A stretch of DNA of 64,000 bases, from sequence record NZ_CP084013.1, one strand, 5' to 3'. Both the position numbers and the translations under genes were made by a program. This DNA is from a plasmid. Within the stretch, counting starts at the first letter, position 1; the number at the start of each line of letters is the position of its first letter. The notes under the pieces were generated by a model. That model searched no databases. It was not told the origin of the DNA and saw nothing but the letters and a program-made list of their open reading frames with translations. Positions 57,652-64,000 of this stretch are shown piece after piece.

Positions 57652-60267
57652 ATGAGAGAAAAAGAAAAAGCATGGTACGAGGTGACTCGCAGCATCAGCC
57701 AACTCGATGGCGACCAGTTGAGATCCATCGCGGATGATGTCCCAGGAAATCTGGAGGACTGCACGCTGCTGCTCGTCAGAGTGAGAAACGAGCCGGTCCG
57801 TGAATATGTGCATGGCGATGGCGAAGGCATACGCAAGGCGGGTGATCTCGCCGGCTTTTCCATCAGCCCACTGCCAGGGAACGGCGAACCCGAACTGCCG
57901 GAAGGAATCAGCAGATCAGCTCACTCTCTTGTGCCATGGCGGGCCCGCTTGAATTCAAAGGCGACGATGGAGAAGATGCGCACCGATTCCGCCGGCATTC
58001 GGAAAAGCGTCGAAGCATTGATGCCGGCAGACAGTTATGTCAGCGTAACGCTCCGCAGGCAAGGATATTTCGAACAGGCCCGAATTCGAGATTGGGTTGC
58101 CGACGAGCATTCCACCGTCGAGGACGGCAACGAATTTGTCGCCGCTCACACGCTCTGCGCGCGAGTCACCGCAGCATGCGCCGACAGCCGCCGGAACGCA
58201 GAACTCGCACAACGGGCTGGACAGGCCATGTTCCCGCTGCTCTCCAACATGAGCAGTCATCCCAGCTACCCAAAGTTGGGCGGACTCATCGTGACCTTGG
58301 CTGTCACCCTGTTGACGATGGTATTGTCCGTCATCACTCCGATTCGTCTTGCCACATTCTTCTGGCTGGCGGGAACGGTAGCGGCGATGCTGCTGGTGCC
58401 TTGGGTTTTGAGTGGACTACTCTCCGCAAACGCGAAAGCCATGCTGAACGACGACAACAGCACTCGAATGTACTTCCGAGTACCGCCGCACTACAAATTC
58501 GCATGTCTTGGACTGTTGGCGTACTGCTCTTTGATGCTGTTGCCGATACCGTCATGGTTGTGGATCGTTCCTCTTGCCTTCACTGTTGCAGCTGGAATCA
58601 GATGGTGGAGGAACACTCTATGGGATGATATTCTCCAACGCCCACGCCGATACTGGTGGCTTCGCCGCAAACGCAAGGCGAATCTCAGTGACACCGAAAC
58701 AAAACTCGGCATGAAAGACAAACGAGTGTATGCGACGGGATATGGCCCGCAACGCACCACTTTGATCTTCAGCCCAATGACCACGACCACACTGTTCATG
58801 CCGGTGCAGAAATCCACGGCGGTGAAACAGGACCTTCACCCGGTGCCCGAACCATTGTCCCATGGAGGCGTCCTGATCGGATTGGACGATTCCGGACGTC
58901 CCGGATACTTGGATCCGACACAGCTCTATGGCGGAATCGCAATCAGCGGTGAAGCCGGATCAGGAAAAACCGTTCTGACCCACGGCATCAGCCAATGGGC
59001 CATCAGCCATCGCAATGATACCGGCCGTGACGTGTGGGGGACGGATTCACGACTCATCCACTTCTGGATGAAGGACGACACCGGAGTGGAAGTGCTGGAC
59101 CGGTATCGGCAAACGCAGGGGATTGACTCCCATCCACGTGTCATATACCTCACCGACCCTTCCAGCATCGGTCTCGATTTGCTCGGAATGCAGGAGGGAA
59201 GGAACGCCCAGGAGACGGCGGAAAGCGTCGCCAAAACCATGAGATACGCATTCAATGCCGGCGACATTCAGAACGACTCCCAAAACATCATCACCCAATC
59301 CATGACCATCGGCGTGGCCGCAAGCCGATACGACCAACACAAGCCAGGGGACATCCTAAGAAGATGCAGACAACTCGAGCAACAGTATCCCGGGGCCGGT
59401 CAACTCAGGCAACAGCAGTCACCCATCGGCTGGGCCGTGGTCGCATTGTGTGGGTCGGATGGTCAAACCGGATCAGCCAGAGCGCTTGGACAGGTATGCA
59501 GGGCTCTCGCATTGGAGTTGAAGGACGATCCTCTCGGAATAGACATGACGTTGGCCGCGCGTGCCGCAGAACAACTGTACGGACGACCGGATCAGAAGGG
59601 GCAGGCGGCGCGAAGCGATCGTGAAATACTGCAGCGTACCAACGCCTCGGTGAACAAGGTCAACCAGTTCCTCGCCATCGAACACATGTTCACACCGCGA
59701 CGCAGCACCGTCACATGGAAGTGGATATTGGATCACCCGGGCGACTATCACATCGTGCTCGCCCCGCACAATGGCCACTCGCTTCCCGAACTCATGGACA
59801 AGATTCTGGGCTCGTGGCTCATGTACCGGTTCTGGAACACGGTGTTCGCACACTGCAAGGACTGGTTAACGCTTGGCAAACACACGATGCTCGTCTGCGA
59901 CGAGCTGAGCCTGCTGGCGAACGGGTCGGACGACGTGTTGAAGAATCTGAGGGAGCAGGGGCGTTCGTTCGGATTGATTCTCGTGTTTGCCACCCAATAC
60001 CCGACCCAGTTGTCCGACACGTTGTTGGATTCGTTCCTGGGGTACACGACGTTCATCAGCTACAACACGTCGATTCCGCGCATAGCCACGCTGACCGCGG
60101 CACGTCTGACCGACAATGAGGGATTGGATGGGTGGACTGGAGGAGCGGTGACGAACCTCCCCAAATACCATGCCGCTGTAAGAACCAGAAACATGGAACA
60201 GATCCAGCCGGCGTTCATCGTGAGCGTGAAAGACTTCGACGACGGTTATCGCCCCGGCGACAAGTAG
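57652..60267 (+). CDS. VirD4/TraG-like type IV coupling protein
   Basis: TM helices after a about 190-aa N-domain; Walker A GEAGSGKT, Walker B MLVCDELS, motif ILVFATQYPTQL. Confidence 0.7.
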   Translation: MREKEKAWYEVTRSISQLDGDQLRSIADDVPGNLEDCTLLLVRVRNEPVREYVHGDGEGIRKAGDLAGFSISPLPGNGEPELPEGISRSAHSLVPWRARLNSKATMEKMRTDSAGIRKSVEALMPADSYVSVTLRRQGYFEQARIRDWVADEHSTVEDGNEFVAAHTLCARVTAACADSRRNAELAQRAGQAMFPLLSNMSSHPSYPKLGGLIVTLAVTLLTMVLSVITPIRLATFFWLAGTVAAMLLVPWVLSGLLSANAKAMLNDDNSTRMYFRVPPHYKFACLGLLAYCSLMLLPIPSWLWIVPLAFTVAAGIRWWRNTLWDDILQRPRRYWWLRRKRKANLSDTETKLGMKDKRVYATGYGPQRTTLIFSPMTTTTLFMPVQKSTAVKQDLHPVPEPLSHGGVLIGLDDSGRPGYLDPTQLYGGIAISGEAGSGKTVLTHGISQWAISHRNDTGRDVWGTDSRLIHFWMKDDTGVEVLDRYRQTQGIDSHPRVIYLTDPSSIGLDLLGMQEGRNAQETAESVAKTMRYAFNAGDIQNDSQNIITQSMTIGVAASRYDQHKPGDILRRCRQLEQQYPGAGQLRQQQSPIGWAVVALCGSDGQTGSARALGQVCRALALELKDDPLGIDMTLAARAAEQLYGRPDQKGQAARSDREILQRTNASVNKVNQFLAIEHMFTPRRSTVTWKWILDHPGDYHIVLAPHNGHSLPELMDKILGSWLMYRFWNTVFAHCKDWLTLGKHTMLVCDELSLLANGSDDVLKNLREQGRSFGLILVFATQYPTQLSDTLLDSFLGYTTFISYNTSIPRIATLTAARLTDNEGLDGWTGGAVTNLPKYHAAVRTRNMEQIQPAFIVSVKDFDDGYRPGDK

Positions 60268-60287
60268 GACCGCAAAAAAACATGCCA

Positions 60288-60325
60288 ACCCATCCGGCTT
60301 CCATTGACGCCGGATGGGTTTTTCT
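60288..60325 (+). terminator. rho-independent terminator
   Basis: cccatccggc...gccggatggg hairpin followed by TTTTT. Confidence 0.6.
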
Positions 60326-60465
60326 TAATCTGCGTCCTCCGTGTTGTCTGAGAATGCAAGAAACTTTGTTAAAAACCGAAAACCTATCGTTATCAACCGA
60401 TTCCGTTGATACACTCGGGAAACGCAGGAGGGTTCCTTCAAACCAAATTCGAAGGGAATCCAATA

Positions 60466-60813
60466 ATGGGCAACACCATAGAAATCGCCGCTTCCAGCAA
60501 TCTTGTCGGAAGCTATCACGCCATGTTTGACGGCATCCTCAACTCGACCGCCGGACAGCTCATCACCAAGGTGGGCGCCGCTGCCGCAGTGATCTTGGCC
60601 TTGGGGCTTATCCTGGGAGGAATCAGCAAGGCGATGGGGCGAAGCAACCAGCTGGTCTCCATGTTCTGTCCAAGCGTCACACGAGTCATCGTCGTTCTCG
60701 CCGTCATCTTCATCTTCGCTGGCCCGACCATAACCATCCCGGCATTGCTGACAGCTCTTGACTGGATCGTCAACGCCGTGGGCAGTCAGGGCAAAGACTA
60801 CCTCGGAATCTGA
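60466..60813 (+). CDS. small two-TM membrane protein (pilin/VirB2-like candidate)
   Basis: two hydrophobic helices; start at MGNTIEIA. Confidence 0.45.
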   Translation: MGNTIEIAASSNLVGSYHAMFDGILNSTAGQLITKVGAAAAVILALGLILGGISKAMGRSNQLVSMFCPSVTRVIVVLAVIFIFAGPTITIPALLTALDWIVNAVGSQGKDYLGI

Positions 60814-60828
60814 TCGGGGAACATATTC

Positions 60829-61233
60829 ATGGGCGAGCAAAGACAATTGCATCCAAGGGAAACCATGGATGACATCACCGAGGTCTCATCCACCGCATCA
60901 ATCGAACGTAAGAACACGTTCATGATCACGAAAAGCACGGAAGCCCGATCCAAGACCGTGTTCTCGACAATCATCGGCGGTGTTATAGGACTGTTGATCT
61001 GTCTTATGCTCGCCCCGATCATCGGCATCACATTCGGCGTGGTGTTCATTCTCATCGGCTTGGTCGCCGCACCATTCCTCATGGTCGGCCAAGTCAAAGA
61101 CCGGACCCAGCAGGTCCGATGGAAAAGACTCCTCAGGAGATTGCAGAGCCGGAACATCGCCGGAGAGGTTTTCTACCCCAATTCGAATCAGCCAGAGCAT
61201 CTAAGCAGTCTGAAGGAGATGTGGATACTGTGA
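60829..61233 (+). CDS. small two-TM membrane protein (VirB3/TcpE-like candidate)
   Basis: helices IIGGVIGLLICLMLAPIIGITFGVVFILIGLVAAPFLMV. Confidence 0.45.
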   Translation: MGEQRQLHPRETMDDITEVSSTASIERKNTFMITKSTEARSKTVFSTIIGGVIGLLICLMLAPIIGITFGVVFILIGLVAAPFLMVGQVKDRTQQVRWKRLLRRLQSRNIAGEVFYPNSNQPEHLSSLKEMWIL

Positions 61234-61271
61234 GCGCTTCAACCCAGATGCAGCCCAGCCTCCCGGTCAGG

Positions 61272-64000
61272 ATGAAAGCGCGACGGAACATGCTGTTCAT
61301 TGTTCTGCTCGTCGTTCTGATGACAGTGGCCGTACTGCCCTCCCAAGCATTCGCCATGGTCGAGAACGATGGCGGTGCGAGTGCGCCGGCATGCGCTACG
61401 ACCACAAGCACCCAAGTCGATTACACGACATGTCTTCCGTCCGGCCGATGGGGAAGCAATGTCGGCAGCATAACCAGCCGCATCGAACCATCGAGCGGCA
61501 TCCTTGGTTTCATCGCCAACGTGCCCGCCATGATCAGCCATACGACGAGGGACATCCTGCCGAACATGCTGATGCAGATCACGCAGCTCTGCTGGTCGTG
61601 CGCCTTGTCGCTAAGCCAGTTCGCGGCAAGCTTCACCCCATTGAAGACCGCCGGAGCGTCGGTCGACCACGCCACGGCGAACCTTATCGACAGTGTCATG
61701 GCCGGCGGCATTCCCGCGGCGTTGATGGTGACCGCCATCGTCGTATGGCTTCTCGCGGCGGGATTCGACATCGGGACCACGAAAGAGGCGAGCAAACGAC
61801 TGCTTGCCACGGTATTGTGTCTTGCGGCTCTCATCGTGTTGGGGACAGGAGCCTCGAAAACCGCGGAGAATGCGACCGAACCGGCGACCGGCAGTCCCTG
61901 GTGGGTCGTCAACACCATCAACGGCGCAGTCAACAAGCTCACCGTCGGACTTGATCTGGACGGGTTGAACGACGGCGAATCGAACATGATGGCGTTCAGC
62001 AACAAAGCACTCAACCGTAATACGAACTGCCAGGATTACCTGTATGCCATGCACCAGCAGTACGACACCGCGACCAGCGGCAACGGGGGAGACACATCCT
62101 CTATCACCAAGGCCGTGAACCGCATGTGGGAGGAAACGGCTCTCCGATCGTGGGTGACGATGCAATGGGGTAATCCGTCAGCGGGGCCGAACACGCCGTC
62201 AGGTGTGGCCGACAACGCACAGCAAGCGTACTGCCATGTGCTTGACATGAACACGAACACCGATCCTGCGGTGCAAATGACATTGACGAATGCGGCAACC
62301 GGTTTGAGTATCGATTCCAGCACAGCGGAATGGTTGTTCAGCGAACACGGTTGGATCGACCCTCAGGACAGTTCCGTCAATGACAAGGAAAAGGAGCAGA
62401 ACGACCGGGATAAATATGTTCGACTGACCAGAGCGGGGATCTTTTGGGAGACCTGCGGTATCGACGGCAGTGGGAAGGTGTACGGCCGTGACGGCTGGAA
62501 CATCCTCGTCAAAAACATGGGGGACAAGGATACAGGAGCCATCAAAAACGGGAAGCTCACCGTCAGATTGAAGAAGGATGGATTCAGCGACATCTCAGGC
62601 GGGAACGGGGCCCACTTCTACGGGGACGATGTCAAGGTAGACCAGAACATACTCCAATTGTGCAATGTGGCTTTGGGCACAAAGCAATTCAAAGGCGACC
62701 AGTATCAGGCCTTCCACAACGACAATGACTTCCGTGATTCGAGCGGCAACGTCCAGAACACGGACATCGCCGATGCCGCGAACCTGGGCTGGCGTTTCGA
62801 TATCCCCAACGTCGGCGGAACCTGGCGTGAAGCCAACCTTGGTAACACGCAGGATTCTTCGACCGGAGAAGGAGCGATGCGAATCACCCTGGACAACCTG
62901 TACGGCAATTCAGCGCCTGACAATCTGGGTGCATTCGGTTCCGTGCTCGGTGGCATCTGCAACATGATCGTCTGGGGATTGCTCAGCGTCATCCTCATCA
63001 TGACCAAGCTCATGCTCGTCCTGATGGTGCTGTTCCTCGTCGTAGCGTTCCTCGTGAGAGCTTTCCCCATAGGCGAAGCTCCGAAGAACGTGTTGAAGAA
63101 CTGGGTGAAATACACGTGCAACCTGAGCATGACCGGCGGATTGTATTCGGCTTTGGGAGCCATCGCCACATTCATCTGCCAGCTTATGTTGAAGTTCTGT
63201 TCCGAAATGAGCAGCAGCTTCATGTACAACGTGATCAGCGGTTTCAGTCCGGTGCTTGCAATCGCGGCCATCAGCCTGTTTTGTACCAGCGTGCTCAAAG
63301 TCGGCAACCCGTTCAGTTTCAAAGCGATGATGGGAATCGCCACCGGTGGAGCCATGGCAGGCGGAGTGCTGGCCGGCCTCAGGAGAATCGGCGGAGGAAT
63401 AAGCAGCGGTCTCCTCATGGGACGGCTCCTCACAAGCCGAAACCACGGCGGCATGTCCAGTCGCAACGCCGGACCGCGCCACAGGATGTTCGGTCCCACC
63501 GCCGGCGAAAGCAAACTCGACTCCATGCTCGATTCGGAGAGGAAGAATCTTGACCTCGACGGCGGCGACCGCAACCTGTACGGACGCAACGCGAAAGAAT
63601 ACGATGCGATCGCAGCCCGTGGAGCAGACTCCCTCAGTTATAGATGGGGGCGCATGAACGAAGGCACCGTACGCGGGTCCCTCGCAGGAGTCGCCGCACG
63701 TTTCGCCAACCAAGCCGACAGAGCTCAGGCGTTCATGACGGGCGGCATGTCCTACGATGATCGCGTCAAGAACTATATGGCCCGCCATCCCGGCGCATCG
63801 CTCGGCCGCGCCCGTACCATGGCAAAAGGTGCAAGCCTGCTTAATCAGACCGCACGCGGCCTGGGCGGAGGAGCTATGCTGTTGGGCGCGACAGGCAAGG
63901 CAGCCCTAGGTGTCATGCAATCCCAACCGTTGCGTGACGTGGTCAAGCGTGGCGCCAAAGTCGCGGCGACCGGTATCGCCGCTGCCGCACTCACATCCAA
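61272..64000 (+). CDS. large polytopic membrane protein, partial (VirB6/TcpH-like), open at window end
   Basis: manual translation shows no stop from 61272 to 64000; signal peptide MKARRNMLFIVLLVVLMTVAVLPSQAFA; several TM helices around 62950-63400. Confidence 0.5.
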   Translation, partial: MKARRNMLFIVLLVVLMTVAVLPSQAFAMVENDGGASAPACATTTSTQVDYTTCLPSGRWGSNVGSITSRIEPSSGILGFIANVPAMISHTTRDILPNMLMQITQLCWSCALSLSQFAASFTPLKTAGASVDHATANLIDSVMAGGIPAALMVTAIVVWLLAAGFDIGTTKEASKRLLATVLCLAALIVLGTGASKTAENATEPATGSPWWVVNTINGAVNKLTVGLDLDGLNDGESNMMAFSNKALNRNTNCQDYLYAMHQQYDTATSGNGGDTSSITKAVNRMWEETALRSWVTMQWGNPSAGPNTPSGVADNAQQAYCHVLDMNTNTDPAVQMTLTNAATGLSIDSSTAEWLFSEHGWIDPQDSSVNDKEKEQNDRDKYVRLTRAGIFWETCGIDGSGKVYGRDGWNILVKNMGDKDTGAIKNGKLTVRLKKDGFSDISGGNGAHFYGDDVKVDQNILQLCNVALGTKQFKGDQYQAFHNDNDFRDSSGNVQNTDIADAANLGWRFDIPNVGGTWREANLGNTQDSSTGEGAMRITLDNLYGNSAPDNLGAFGSVLGGICNMIVWGLLSVILIMTKLMLVLMVLFLVVAFLVRAFPIGEAPKNVLKNWVKYTCNLSMTGGLYSALGAIATFICQLMLKFCSEMSSSFMYNVISGFSPVLAIAAISLFCTSVLKVGNPFSFKAMMGIATGGAMAGGVLAGLRRIGGGISSGLLMGRLLTSRNHGGMSSRNAGPRHRMFGPTAGESKLDSMLDSERKNLDLDGGDRNLYGRNAKEYDAIAARGADSLSYRWGRMNEGTVRGSLAGVAARFANQADRAQAFMTGGMSYDDRVKNYMARHPGASLGRARTMAKGASLLNQTARGLGGGAMLLGATGKAALGVMQSQPLRDVVKRGAKVAATGIAAAALTS

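Overview
High-GC (Bifidobacterium-like actinobacterial) window that appears to lie entirely inside a large conjugative plasmid, megaplasmid or ICE. Content I can support: a Gram-positive-type T4SS set — a VirB4-like ATPase interrupted by a 566-aa LAGLIDADG intein in its P-loop, a CHAP cell-wall hydrolase, three consecutive FtsK/SpoIIIE-like ATPase genes, a VirD4/TraG-like coupling protein, a ParA-like ATPase, small pilin-like membrane proteins and a large VirB6/TcpH-like membrane protein running off the window end. Two paralogous RepA-like initiators, each next to its own iteron array. HipBA and BrnTA toxin-antitoxin pairs. A phage-like recombination module: XRE regulator, PD-(D/E)XK nuclease, a tandem-fused RusA-like resolvase and a protein with an SSB-like acidic tail. 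SecE- and SecG-like paralogs next to a DivIVA-domain protein. An orphan C5 DNA methyltransferase. Three TnpB (OMEGA-type) genes belonging to three IS types (IS607-like tnpA+tnpB, IS200/IS605 tnpA+tnpB, solo IS1341-like tnpB) plus an ISL3 element. An element-borne tmRNA followed by an array of about 20 tRNA genes. Two conserved intergenic motif families recur upstream of genes. Motif 1, TGTTATACTGAATATGTCCACATA, is an extended -10 plus dyad and occurs about 12 times. Motif 2, built from CGGTTAAT half-sites, sits upstream of the transfer, partition and rep genes. Together they suggest two regulons.
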